This document shows positions 49,805 through 62,029 of a stretch of 64,000 nucleotides of DNA, in pieces. A program made the translations under genes and the position numbers. The notes under the pieces are model-generated. The model was not told where the DNA came from, ran no database searches, and was given only the letters and a program-made list of their open reading frames with translations. The DNA is taken from positions 63,550,001 to 63,614,000 of the forward strand of contig NC_135897.1 of NCBI RefSeq assembly GCF_964194155.1. The letters run 5' to 3'. Source of the DNA: Cetorhinus maximus. Its lineage: Eukaryota. Position 1 is the first letter of the stretch; each line of letters opens with the position of its first letter.

Positions 49805-50988
49805 TTTTTAAAAAAATTCATTCACGGGATGTGGGCATCGCTGGCCAGGCCAGCATTTATTGCCCATCCCTATTTGCCCTTGAGAAGGTGGTGGTGAGCT
49901 GCCTTCTTGAACCACTGCCGTCCCTGTGGTGTAGGTGCACCCACAGTGCTGTTAGGGAGGGAGTTCCAGGATTTTGACCCAACGACAGTGAAAGAATGGC
50001 GATATATTTCCAAGTCAGGATGGTCAGTGGCTTGGAGGGAATCTTGCAGGTGGTGGTGTTCCCATGTATCTGCTGCCCTTGTCCTTCTGCTGGTAGTGGT
50101 CATGTGTTTGGAAGGTGCTGTCTAAGGAGCCTTGATGAGTTTCTGCAGTGCATCTTGTAGATGGTACACACTGCTGCCACCCTTCTTTGGTGGTGGAGGG
50201 AGTGAATGTTTATGGAAGGAGTACCAGTCAAGCAGCCTGCTTTGTCCTGAAAGCTGTCAAGCTTCTTGAGTGTTGTTGGGTTGCACTCATCCAGACAAGT
50301 GGTGAGTATTCCATCACACTCCTGACTTGTGCCTTGTAAATGGTGCACAGGCTTTGGGGAGTCAGGAGGTGAGTTATTTGCCGCAGGACCCATAGCCTCT
50401 GACCTGCTCTTGTAGCCACAGTATTTATATGGCTAGTCCAGTTCAGTTTCTGGTCAATGGTAACTTGCAGGATGTTGATAATGGGGGATTCAGTGATGGT
50501 AATGCCATTGAATGTCAAGGGACGATGGTTAGATTCTCTCAAGGTGGAGATGGCCATTGCTTGGTACTTGTGTGGCACGAATGTTACTTGCCACTTGTTA
50601 ACCCAAGCCTGAATATTGTCCAGGTCTTGCTGCATCTGGACATGGACTGCTTCAGTATATGAGGAGTCACGAATGGTGCTGAACATTGTGCAATCGTCAG
50701 CGAACATCCCCACTTCTGACCTTATGATGGAAGGAAGGTCATTGATGAAGCAGCTGAAGAGAGTTGGACCTAGGACACTGCCCTGAGGAACTCCAACAGT
50801 GATATCCTGGAACTGAGATGATTTTCCTCCAACAATCACAACCACCTTCCTTTGTGCTAGTTATGACTCCAACCAGTGGAGAGTTTTCCCACTGATTCCC
50901 ATTGACTCCAGTTTTGCTAGGGCTCCTTGATGCCGCACTCAGTCAAATGCTGCCTTGATGTCAAGGGCAGTCACTCTCACCTCACCTT
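49805..50988 (-). mobile_element. CR1/L2-group LINE, 5'-truncated, with a well-preserved RT C-half
   Basis: ORF 50228-50845 GVPQGSVLGPTLFSCFINDLP...MFADDCT...IYKAQVRSVMEY. The same 3' end recurs at about 43730-43870 and 27810-28170. Confidence 0.9.
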
Positions 50989-51015
50989 TGTTTACGTTGC
51001 ATCACCAACGTCCGT

Positions 51016-51407
51016 TGAAAGGATGAGGGCTTACCCCAAAACGCCTTGAGAGTCGGATGTCTTGTTTAAGCTAGCGATTATTATTATGAGCATGCAAGGA
51101 GAAGGCCCACTCTCACGAGTAGGGGTTTTACAACACGATGTATAAGCAGTTAATTTGTATTGTTACAAAAAGTTGACTTGACCAGCTGCCTCCTCTTTAA
51201 TTGGATCTTTTCACCTGTCTGTGTCTTTCCCTGTTCTCGTCTTTTCTTGATCATGTCTCCTCGTATGACTCTGTCTTCTCTCCTCATCTCATTTCCTCTT
51301 GATTAGATCTACTCTGCCTCACACACATTATACAAGATTTAACAGTTTTCAGTTTTCAGTCAAGTTACCCATGATTCCCCTATGCCATATGTCAATTCCC
51401 CCTGTCA
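51016..51407 (-). repeat. 3' LTR (392 bp)
   Basis: tgaaaggatgagg...ccccctgtca. Colinear with 55529-55934, including the block ttacaaaaagtt(g/c)acttgaccagctgcctcctctttaattggatcttttcacct. Confidence 0.9.
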
Positions 51408-51695
51408 GAGCGCCCCGTCTTGGCACTTGGCCAACATCTCTGGCCCAAGGAAGGCATTACCATAGAACCCACTGCCCATCGAATAATCCAGGGATCCTAC
51501 CGGTTTCGACGAGCCTCGAATCCTTACCGAGGATCCTCTTACAACCTCACCTGTGTCCTAGTGACCAGGCTTAGACTGTAATTGATACTTTGTATTATGC
51601 TAAGAATGTGCTGAAATAAATTATAACCCGGGTTAAACTTCTACTCAAGCTAAACTATAACCTGCTTGCAATCTCTGCTTAGGGTACACTAAGGA

Positions 51696-53382
51696 CTAAA
51701 CTGATCCTCCCCAGTAGGTGCTCCCACCTTTCAAAAGTTCTCTTTCTGTACCTTCCAGAACATTGACCAGTGACATTTTTTGCTGTCTCTTTAGTCTGCA
51801 CAAGAGACAAGTCATATACAGCAACATCACCAACTGGGCAACCACCAAAACGTGGGAGATAATCCGGATCCACAGATGGATCTGCACGTTGAGGTCCCGA
51901 TTCCAGAGGTCCTCCCACTAAGTGGTGTCGTCTATCTGCTCAATGTCCTTGCTCTTTTACTGCAGAGCATGGTATGTCTTATCCACCCTTTCAAGTGCCC
52001 CCCGTATTGCATCAAGGTGCTCAGGCAGTGTGGGTATTGGTAGGAGAATTGGCTAACATATTGTGCCAGGTTATCCTTCATGTTTCCCTCAACTTGCATA
52101 AAAACTTTCTCCTGCTTGTGGATGTCTACCAGTTCAACCCTTCCCATCCGAGCTGCACCAGGGGTGTAGACATTCGGTATGGTTGGTCAGTGGACATGGG
52201 TGATTCCCATGGCAGTATTCCTGTCATGATGTAGTGATACAATATCTCCTTTTGCCCAGATATGCTACTCGTGTTGGTTCCAATTCAGCTGCTATAGCTT
52301 CCATTGTACAATTAGCCATTGCTGTAAGTCCACAACTGGTCTCTGCCTTCTCGTATATTGGGTGGGGGCACACCACTGTGGAGGACCCTACACTGCACTC
52401 ACCTAAAGTGGTACTTATCATGCTTCCCCCTTTCTCTACTACGTATGATGACACAACACAGTGTCTTACATAATAATCCCCTCTAATTACTCCTATATTC
52501 TCTACTCTATACAAGGTTCTTCCTGGTGTTAATTCTGTCAAAAGCAGGATTGCTAAGACCATGCCGAACAACAATCCATTTCTTAACACATTCAGTATTT
52601 GCTGAATACACATAAATTAAACCCCTGAGCTGGCAGCCGGCTATGTTCGACCCTGCCTTTATAGACAGGTTGGTCAACTGTTTGTTTGTAATCCACTTGG
52701 GTAGTTCTCCCTCATGAATTTGCCTTAGATTACCCCATGTCTGTTCAAGCACCCATGACCCACAAGTACTACAGACATCATTTTGGGCTGTCTTACGTGA
52801 GGCATTATGGCCTTCATTAATCAATTCGTTAATGGTCTGAGTGTGACCCTCCAATACAGTTGCCTAGGCCTGGACTCCTTGCTCTTTTTAAAATATTTCT
52901 TTAAGTTGAATGCTTAATTTACAGACCTTATGGCCCACCAAGGCCAGATCAATCGAACTTACTGTTGAGGTTCCTGTATTAAACTGCACAGTAGCGTCAC
53001 TTACCAAGCTGCGCTTCCTCCACCCCTTTCTCTGGAGGTGGGGATCTCCCCTGCTTCTGCTACTGACCTGGACTGCTTGTTGCTTCAGCAGTGCTGTGTT
53101 AGTGCCCAAGTTTTAGTTGAGCACCAAATGGGTAAGCCTAACTCTGATGTTCAGTACTTTGGGTATCAGCTGGTGGTGTACATTGTCACATAATACCTTT
53201 GTTTTCTCTTACTAACACTAATCCGCTTGCTGGACCTGTTTCCAGTTCTGGGCAGAGTAGCACACTTCATTGGTCAGGTCCCGTAAGGGTTGTCTTTTGT
53301 TCCTTCCCGAACTACCTGGCATATGTGGATACTGTTGTAGCCAGTAGTCCAATGCATATCGCAATCTGTATCGGTCGCCCAT
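51696..53382 (-). pseudogene. env-like class I fusion glycoprotein (F/foamy/lokiretrovirus type), frameshifted
   Basis: Signal-peptide-like GRPIQIAICIGLLATTVSTYA, then GPASGLVL, and a basic cleavage site WRKR|SLV at about 53011. Cys-rich block YRVENIG...LGEC...VVCP...SCG...NCTMEA...YLGKRRYCITTS and C-terminal TM HVLVVAQLVMLLYMTCLLC. About 560 codons in total. Confidence 0.8.
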
Positions 53383-53454
53383 GATTCAACCTGTAACAAT
53401 ATTGTTAGTTTCTGGGATCCACCTTGATCTCCCTGTAGAGTAAACAAATCAGCC

Positions 53455-53910
53455 ATTAAATGGTTTTACTTGTGACCAGTGTTTCCATCCTCACCTACCC
53501 TTACGGTCCATACACACAAAGTGTCACTACTCATCATAATGTCATCGGGTTTGTTTCACCATGCTTGCCATCCTGGTTTCTCTAGTAACACTTTAAGGAT
53601 TACCTGACTGCCCCTCTCAGTATCTCCAGGTCTCCCTTGTCCCCGGTGGTCCTAATCAGGTCCGCCATATCTTGTTGCCTCCCCCTGTGCCTGGTCTACC
53701 CACGCATTTCCCTGCTGGATTGGGGTAATGATCTCCTAGAGAACTTTTAACTACTGCAACTTTCTTTGGTAGTCCTGCTGCCTCTACAAGGTTCCTAATT
53801 ATTTTTTTCTGTATCTGACCTCCTACCTGCTTCAGGCAATCATGTAATCATGCACTACCTACTACAGTCCAAATGCAGACCTACTTTCCATGTATATGTT
53901 GTAACTTTGG
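53455..53910 (-). pseudogene. pol remnants: retroviral-type RNase H fragment joined to integrase C-terminal module
   Basis: YNIYMESRSAFG..VVHDYM, LVEAAGLPKK/VAVVK and GNAWVDQA (compare NIYTDSRYAFG-VHD...LPK-VAV...GN-AD-A). Then GSQVILKV...KPGW...WKHWSQVKPF, resembling the GPY/F-type integrase CTD. Confidence 0.65.
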
Positions 53911-55508
53911 TACTAAAGTTTAGAACTTAAAAATTACTAGAGCTTCATCCAGAGTTGTGCCAAAGTGTTTTAGCTTTAGAGTTTCCCTGAAAGTCACTCT
54001 TACCCAGTAACTTAAATCTTTAAACCTAGTTAATTTCCCTCAACCCTGTGGCTTGCAGGATTTTAGATTAATTGTCATCTGTCTCCAAACTTCTGTTTCT
54101 CTTTTTTTTGAATTTAGATCACCCGCTGTTTCAGTCCTAAAATGTTTATTTCCAAGTTTCAATTAGTAACATTAAGAATATTAAGAATAAATTCCCTCTT
54201 TTTTTTGAGAACTTTGCAGGAAGTTTTTAACACAAGACCAATCCAATCCAACTCAGAATTAATTAGAATGAATTATAATTACTCCAAACATTTCAAAATA
54301 AAGTACTCCTCCCCTTAACCCTAATCATAAAGTTACACATTCACACATACAAACATCATGCATACAAAAAATAAATCCATACACACACAGCCAGAAAAGA
54401 GCAGCACGTGCTTTTAAAGGAAGGTAAACAGAAATAAATCAATTACGTCAACAATCCCAATTCTTCTTTCTTCGAATGTCTTTCAACAACTGTTATTGGA
54501 AATGACAGCAAAAAGTAAATTCTCTCAAACAGACAAACTCTCCAAGAGGTTATGTGTCAGCCTTTCAAGTCATTCCAATCACTCAAATTCTTATTTTTAT
54601 CATGATTAGTTTCTTCTTTTTTAGCTTACATCCACTTGATGCAACTTTGCTCAGAGACATTTCACACACATTTGCTATTCAACAGCTTCCAAACGCACAG
54701 AGACCAAATGTCAACATAGACTTACACGCACACACAAGTTTTCCTTCTTTTGTCCCTCCAACAGCATTCTAGACTACTATGGTACTTCCAATGTAATTTC
54801 TACTAAACTTTCCCTGACTGCTCTCTGGGTTTGTTTTTACCACCAATTCTTTATTGGCCTGGTCTTGTTCCTGAACTCGCTGGCAGAATCCCAAATAAGA
54901 ATTGATTATGTTCATAATTGCTTTATCCTTCCTATCTTTCATTTGGCCCTTACATCATTCTCCTTGTGCTTCTGGTGGGTCATTAAATTTTCATCCATCT
55001 TTTTTCCTGATCAGATTCTCATATTTATCTGCTATAAACCTGGTAAGGAACCCCTCTGGTCTCCAATCCAGGCTTTTCAGCACTATCGGTCATTTTGCCA
55101 GAGTATTGTCTGCCTGAACAGTGTTGACCTACAGGATACCCTTTAAATCCCCTGTGCAGCTCGATCTCTTGTGAAGGTCTGCTTTGCGGTCTCTCTCAGT
55201 GCGGTCTCCTGCGTGGTAACAGCTTTCGGGATACCTCCCAAACCCCCCTCGTGGCTTCACCTACTATCTGGCTTTGTGTTGTGGCTTTCTCAGCATGGCT
55301 GTCTGTCTGGCCCTCTCAACTTGCTACCTTCTACCCTGGCACTTGCTTTGATTGCTCGACACTCGAGTCTCCAGGTGTTGGTTGTTTGATACCCACTTAA
55401 GTTGCCAGTCCTGCGACTGCATGGTAGATCTTTCCTAACTATGGGTGGTAAAATAAAAGATACTCACCCCTTGGTCAGTTCCTCACTGTCGTGGTCCAGA
55501 TGTGCCAT

Positions 55509-55526
55509 ATCCCATCCTCGTCGCTA
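55509..55526 (-). promoter_or_regulatory. Primer-binding site, tRNA-Ser(GCT)
   Basis: The + strand ATCCCATCCTCGTCGCTA matches the 3' 18 nt of vertebrate tRNA-Ser(GCT) (ATCCCATCCTCGTCGCCA) with one mismatch, 2 bp from the 5' LTR. Confidence 0.85.
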
Positions 55527-55528
55527 TA

Positions 55529-55934
55529 TGAAAGGGTGAGGACTCGCCTTGGTACCCAAAAACAGCTTGCAAGTTGGATGTCTTGTTCAAGCGAGTGATC
55601 TTTATTACAAGCATGCAAGGAGAAGCTCCGCTGTCACGGATAGGGGTTCTATAGTTTAAGCAGTCAATTTATACTGTTACAAAAAGTTCACTTGACCAGC
55701 TGCCTCCTCTTTAATTGGATCTTTTCACCTAACGCTGCCTCTTTCTCTGATCTCGTATTTTCTTAATCATGTTTCCTCATATGGCTCTGTCTCCTCCCCT
55801 GATCTTGTTTCCTCTTGATTAGATCTTCTCATATGACACTCTGCCTCATAGACATTATACAAGTTTTAGCAGTTTTCAGTTTTAAATCAAGTATCCCATG
55901 ATTCCCATATGCCATACATCAATCTCCCCTTTCA
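55529..55934 (-). repeat. 5' LTR (406 bp)
   Basis: tgaaagggtgagg...cccctttca with inverted termini. Minus-strand AATAAA at about 55601-55606. Confidence 0.9.
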
Positions 55935-56639
55935 CTGTAAAGGCACTGGAGAGTTTCTTTAGTGTTTTTTTTATTGGGAATTCCTTGGTGGTGTTTGTTT
56001 ATTCCTATCTGGGCCCAAATTAAGTTTCGGCATTGATAGGAAACCAGTTTTTTTTTGCACTCACTGCAGAATAATTGAACCCCACAAAAAATTTGTTTTT
56101 AAAATTATTTCCAAGGAACCTGTTAGCTTGCCTGTGAATGCTTTAAGCTTCGTTTTAAATTTGTAATGCTGCCAAGGAGCTGACTTCAGACTTCCCAATA
56201 TTTAATCGGAGGAAATTTCTGCTTATCATAAGGAAATGTTAGGAAAGATGATTAAAAGCTCAGTTTTAGAATTTAAGCCATGCTTTAGAGGAGGAGAAGA
56301 GGGAGGCAAAGAAGTTTTTGGGACAGGAATTTTAAAAAAAATTGATTATGAAGAGCTTTAAGATGTTTGAGACATGTAGGCTACTGACTCCATACCTCTC
56401 CTTGACAACAATCCGAGGCTGAACCAGTCTATCCACAACCTGGGTGTCATATTTGACCCCGAGATGAGCTTCTGACCTCTTATTTGTGCCATCATTAAGA
56501 TTGCCTATTTCCACTGCTGTAACATTGTCCAATTTCACCCCGTCTTGGCTCATCTGTTGCTGAAATTTGTTATTAAGGTGCTATATAAATATAGGTTACA
56601 TAAATGTAAGTCGTTTGTTTTGCTGGCGGTCGCTGAGGG

Positions 56640-56915
56640 TAAGAATGTTGGCCAGGATATTGGGACAATAATTTTCCTTGGATGCTAGGAGAGCAATTCA
56701 CTTTGGACAATGCTTTGTGATTTTTAATGTTCACTTCAATCCCACAACAGGCCTTTAATTTAGCATCTCATTTGAAGGATGATATCTCAAAATCTGAGCA
56801 CTCTTCTGATGATGCACTGAAATGCCAACCTAGATTATGTGCTCAAGTGTAGCTGGAACTCTCAAACTTCAGACTCAATTGTATGCGTGCAACCAACTGG
56901 GTTAGCCAGACACCT
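56640..56915 (-). mobile_element. Partial DeuSINE
   Basis: Decayed copy of the element at 25020-25482 (ttggccaggatattggga...tgcactgaaatgccaacctagattatgtgctcaagt). Confidence 0.55.
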
Positions 56916-56969
56916 TTTCGAGAAAGATTAGCACATTCTGAGTAAATGTGTACTTTTCTTTGCTTTTAG

Positions 56970-57138
56970 ATCCGCAAGATGAAAATAAAATAGGAATAGA
57001 CGGTATTCAGCAGTTCTGTGATGATTTAGGATTGGATCCAGCCAGTATCAGTGTACTGGTCGTTGCATGGAAATTTCGAGCAGCCACACAGTGTGAATTC
57101 TCAAAACAAGAATTCATAGATGGTATGACAGAATTAGG
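56970..57138 (+). CDS. DCUN1D1: DCUN1D1 exon 3, start of the PONY/cullin-binding domain (gene continues beyond the right edge)
   Basis: 169 bp, cttttAG...GG|GTAAGT. (D)[56 protein letters not shown], in phase with exon 2. Confidence 0.97.
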
Positions 57139-58414
57139 GTAAGTAAAATAATACATTTGTACATGTCTAGAAATAGAAATTCATGTTTAATAAGCTTGTT
57201 TGTTTATTCACTATGAAACCCTTCAAATCCATGTTGCAGTTATATAGATTTTATAGTCCTAGTTTTCAAGAATTGGTTCTGTAGGTTGAAATCTTGGACT
57301 TCCCTTCTATTAAAGCAATTTTTACATTACAGGGTAACTTTAACAGCAAAGAGAGCAACAGAGACAGCAAAAGGCCATAGAAGAGTGTTGAAGCTCTGTT
57401 GCCCATTCCTGTATAGAGAAGGGATTTCACAGCTACATTTATACAGGGCTCCCCCAGATTGAAACACAAAGTTGAAACTATATATATATGCAAGCAGTAG
57501 TCACTCATACACGTAATTGTTTTGGACAATATTTGACTATGTTTGTTCTAATAATGGCAGCTGCTGAGCAAGTGCTGTACAGTGAACTGGTAGTGAAATT
57601 GCTTACATTCTGCATGGTGTGGGAATACTTCAGCCATTTGCATTAATCCCTTGTTTTGTGGCTTCTCTATTTGATTTCAGCAAAGTTTCTACTTATGGTG
57701 AAGACAGGATTCTAGCTTGTATCACCCTTTGTCTGGAAAATAAATCATATTGGTCAGTTGTACGTGTTGCCTTTCAAGAATCATTTTTTTCAACAACATG
57801 GAAACCTTTTGATCTTAACACTTCAATTTGGTGCTTTTCAAACTTTAACTCCCGCAGTTTCTGTGATGGTTTGTCTTGAACTACCGTTTTTAAAAGGTAG
57901 ATTATAAAAAGCTGTAATAAAAAATACTATCTGTTTAAACAGGTTCTTCCCTTCAGAATTACTCAATCTTTTAGTAAAAGTGACAAATAATATTCTCTTA
58001 CTATAATGTGTTATTCCTTCCAATGTTTCTCAACCCCTTTGTGGTTGACCACCGCACCATACTCCATTACCTCTCTTTCACTTGTCTATCTTGGTGAGAC
58101 TGTCTTGCTTGGTTTAACCCGAGTTACCCAATTGTACCCAGAGCAGTGGCTTCTCTTTGCACCCCTATACCCTCACCTGCAGTGTCCATCAAGAATTATC
58201 CCTGCCCACCCCCCTTTCCTATCTGTTACATCAGCTGAAGACATGGGGTCAGTTTCCATGTGTGCTCCAATGATGGCCAGCTCTAACTCTTCACAACTTT
58301 TCTCACCCCTCCACTATCTCTGATGTTGGGCTGCTTGTCCAGCTTTCAGTCTTGGATAAGCCGCAATTTCATTCAGCTAAGCTTTGGGAAAGCTCAAGTC
58401 ATTGTCTTTGGCTC

Positions 58415-60295
58415 CAAATACAACAACTTATAACACCTTTTAAAGTAACAAATTATCCCAAGGTGCTTCTCAGGAGCATAATACAACCAAATATGACACC
58501 GAGCCATATAAGGCGATATTAGGTCAGATGACCAAAAGCTTTATCAAAGTCATAGATTTAAGGAATATCTTAGAGGAAAATGAGGTAGAGAAGTGGAGAG
58601 GCAGGGAATTCCAGAGCTTGGGGCCAAGGCAATGGAAAGCATGGTCACCAATGGCGAAGTGACTAAAAATGGGACAGGAGTGCAGATATCTCACATGGTT
58701 GTGGGCTGAGCGAGATTACAGAGATTGAGAGGGGCGAGACCATGAAGGGATTTGAAAAAAGGATTAGAATTTTAAAATCAAGATGTTGCTTGACCACGAG
58801 TCAATGTAGGTCAGTGAGCAATAGGGGTGATGGGTGAATGGGACTTTATGTAAGTTAAGAGTATTGCAAACAGCGTTTTGGAATGTCAGTTTTATGGAGG
58901 TTATAATGTAGCCAGGAGTCCAAGTAGTCATCTAGAGGTCACAAAGGCATGACTGAATATTTCAGCAGTAGATGAACTGAGATAGGGATGGAGTTAGGCA
59001 GTAGCTGAACTGAGATAGGGATGGGGTCAGGCAATGTTATAGAGGTGGAAATAATAAGCAGTCTTTAGTGATGACATGAATATATGGTCAGAAGTTCATC
59101 TCTGGGTCAAATATGACAGCAAGGTTGCAAACAGTCTGGTTTTTCAGGAAAGATGGGAATAGATTTGGGAGGCAACAACATGTTCCAGGACTTTGGACAC
59201 AAAGGCGGGGTTGGATATGGGACTGTAGTTTGCAAGGACGGGTTAGGGTTAAGTTTTGAAGAGAGGGATGATGGCCAATTTAAAAGAGAGAGGGACAGCA
59301 CCTGAAAAGAGAGAACTATTAATCATATTGGCTAACTTGGGGGCCAAGAATGGAATTTGGTTCATCAGTTTAGTGGGAATAGGGTCGAAGGAGCTGGAGG
59401 TGGGTATCAAGGACAAGATGAAGGCATGAGGAGGAATAGGAGAAAAACTAGAGAAAGATGCACACTCAAGGCCGGGGGTGGCAGGAGTTTTAGAGGAAGT
59501 TTGGCCCGGTAGGTTCATGGAAGGTAGGGATGAGGCAGTGTCAGCTCATGAGATAGTATTGACCTTAGTGACGAAGAAGTCCATGAGCTTGACACCTTTT
59601 GTTGGAGGTGAGGGTGGAGGAGAGAGGGAAATGGGGTTTAAGATGACAGTTTGAAGTAGCGAAAAGGTGTTATCCTTGGTTTCCAGAATGATTGTGGAAT
59701 AGTAAGCAGTTTCAGCAAACGAGAGCAGGCAGTGCCTGATGGTGCTTTATGTGGTCCAGCCAGATCTAACTGTGAATGGCTGAACCAGCTGTTCACCATA
59801 TTCTTTTAAGTATTTTGTCCCTTGGACGTAAGGGAGTGGAGATGAGGAGCGTACTAGGGGAGAAGCCAGGGTGAGAGAGAGCATTAGTTTTATTGGGACT
59901 CGGGCTTCAAAGGGTGGGGTTGAATAAATCAGTAGCTAAGAAATGTGGCAGACAGAGGGCCAAAGGTTAGAAAGTTGGGATTTTGAAAGTGCAGTTGTAA
60001 ATGAATTAGGGGATTTTTTTTTTCAGGCGCAGATACAGAAGGAGGTGGGGTTGGGACTTGGAAAGGAATATGTGTGTAGAGTGATACAAAGGAGTGATCA
60101 GAGATGGCCTTATTTGTGTTTGACAATGGGATTAATAAGACCACGAGTGACAGCAAGGTCAAGGGGTAGCCTTGAATATGAACATGGAGGGAGAAATTTA
60201 GGGAGGATAAGAAGGCAGTGAACTCAGAAGAGAGAGGATGGTGAAATAAAATGGAAGTTGAAACTACCAAGGATGAGAAGTCGTTCGGTGCAGTG
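58415..60295 (-). mobile_element. L2 LINE, degraded and internally deleted
   Basis: Fragments DPIPTKL...LANMINSSLFSGAVPLSFKLAII and an endonuclease-end SDH motif. L2 tail at about 58420. Confidence 0.8.
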
Positions 60296-61579
60296 GCTTC
60301 ACCACAAGCTCTGTACTTTCCCTGGTCACTGTCTTAGATTGAACCAGACTATTTGCAAGCTCAAGTGTCCAGTGTGACCCTGAGTTTAGTTTCCAACTCC
60401 ATTTCCTTCCAATCAAAGATTGGCACTTCTTCCAAAATGACTTTATTATCCACTGCCCCTGCCTGAGCCCATCTGCTACTGAAGCTCTTACCCATGCTTT
60501 GCCAAATGTGGACTCAACAGTATTAATGCTGTCCTGGGCTGCCTTCCATCCTGCGTAAATTCAGCAGATTCATGACTCTGCTGCCCTTCTTGCTGACCTA
60601 CATTAGCGCCCTGTCTCCGAATGTCTCAAATTTATAATTGTTCTTGTTCCAATTTCTCTCCATGGGCTCATTTCTCCCCATCTCTGTAGGCTCCTTTGTG
60701 CTACAAGCTCCCCCCTAGACTGAAGTATGCTCTGATTGTCTGACTGCAGAGTCGTGCATCCCTATCTTTTTACTCCATTATTGGCGGCTCTGCCTATAGC
60801 TGCTTATGCTCGTATGCAGGAAGGCCCTAAACTCCATCCCCCTACCTCCCTCCACTTCCCTCTCCTCCTTAGCACCACCTTTTTTGGCCAAACCTTTTCC
60901 TCCTCACTCCTAATATCTCATTTGGTTTTGTGTCTGCTTTGTCCTTGTACTTCTGAAGCAACATGGGGCATTTTGCTATATAAAAGCAAATTGCTGATGC
61001 TGTTGATGATATTGCTCATATGTCAACTGAGTAGGTCCAGTTTATGCAGGCTTTCAAATGAATTGAATGAGTATATGGAGAGGGAATGAGTGGAGTACTT
61101 CAGGATGACTCTGCATTCACTCTATTACTTAATCCTATATTGCAATACATTGATGCAGGTTTCAACCAATTTTGACATTAGGCTTCAGTTGGATAGTCTT
61201 TGTTGCCCCATCCATACTATCATCATCCTCTTGAATGTTGCCTTAAAAAAAAGGGATTCTGTTCCAATTTAGGGATTACACTTTGCTGTCGCATTTAAAA
61301 TCTGTACCTCAGTGCTGATGTTGCCCAAAGATGTGAAGGACGAATGACTGTTGAGTTGAATTGGATGGATGTTTTAAAAAAAAATATAGGCTTGGATTTA
61401 ACAGTCAGTGCTGAAACGAAGATGCTTGCTGCTGACTGCAAAGAAAACTGTGTAGAAAGATTTAGCAGTTTCTGTGGCATGGATTTCCCCTTTCCCACAT
61501 TAGTTTGAATCTGGCTCCAGGTCAAGGAGATCTCCTGGTGTCCAGCAGCATTGATGTCATCATGGATCTATGAGGGAAT

Positions 61580-62025
61580 GCAGGCTCTCCAAATGTAATA
61601 AGTCCTTTATTGGAGAGTTGAATTGTGAGGACAGATTTCATAAACTTGCCTTGAATATAAGTGGTTGAGGGGCGATCGAGGTGCTTAAAATTTTAAAAGG
61701 ATTTGATTGGATCGAAATAAATATTGCCTCTGCTGGGGTAATCGAGGGTAAGGGGACACTGTCTTAAAATAAGAGTGTCGGCATTCAGGTGAGAAATCAG
61801 AAAGCACTTTTTCACACATAGGGTAGTGAAAATTTGTATGCTCTTCTTCCTAAAGGCTGTGAATGCTGGGACAATTGCTGCTGTCAAGACTGAAATCGTT
61901 TTTTTGTTATGTAAGGGTATTAAGGGGTATGGGTAGAGCAAAGGTGAGAAAGTGGAGTAGAGATGCAGATTAGCCATGATCTAATTGAATAGTGTATAGG
62001 CCCAAGGGACTGAATGGCCAATTCT
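61580..62025 (+). mobile_element. CR1 LINE 3' fragment
   Basis: ggggacactgtcttaaaataagag...cacttttcacacatagggtagtg...gccatgatctaattgaat is a typical CR1 end. Confidence 0.75.
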
Positions 62026-62029
62026 TGTC

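Larger units (their letters stand above)
51016..55934 (-). mobile_element. Defective LTR provirus (ERV-like) with F-type env, antisense in DCUN1D1 intron 2
   Basis: Two homologous LTRs with TGAAAGG...CA termini. 4-bp TSD CCGT/CTGT, differing by one CpG transition. PBS, RNase H and integrase-CTD remnants and an env pseudogene all lie on the minus strand. Confidence 0.9.

Noticed and set aside
50228-50845. RT ORF as the pol of the adjacent LTR element, or as a stand-alone RT system
   Set aside because: The motifs (GVPQGSVLGP, FADDC) are non-LTR LINE type, and the ORF lies outside the LTR/TSD boundary.
34286-57138. Calling the DCN1 gene DCUN1D2 because of the ADPRHL1 neighbour
   Set aside because: Residues [34 protein letters not shown] and FSKQEF match DCUN1D1, not DCUN1D2 (MHKL, CTQAGERTAI, NEWRLDEATDSFF).
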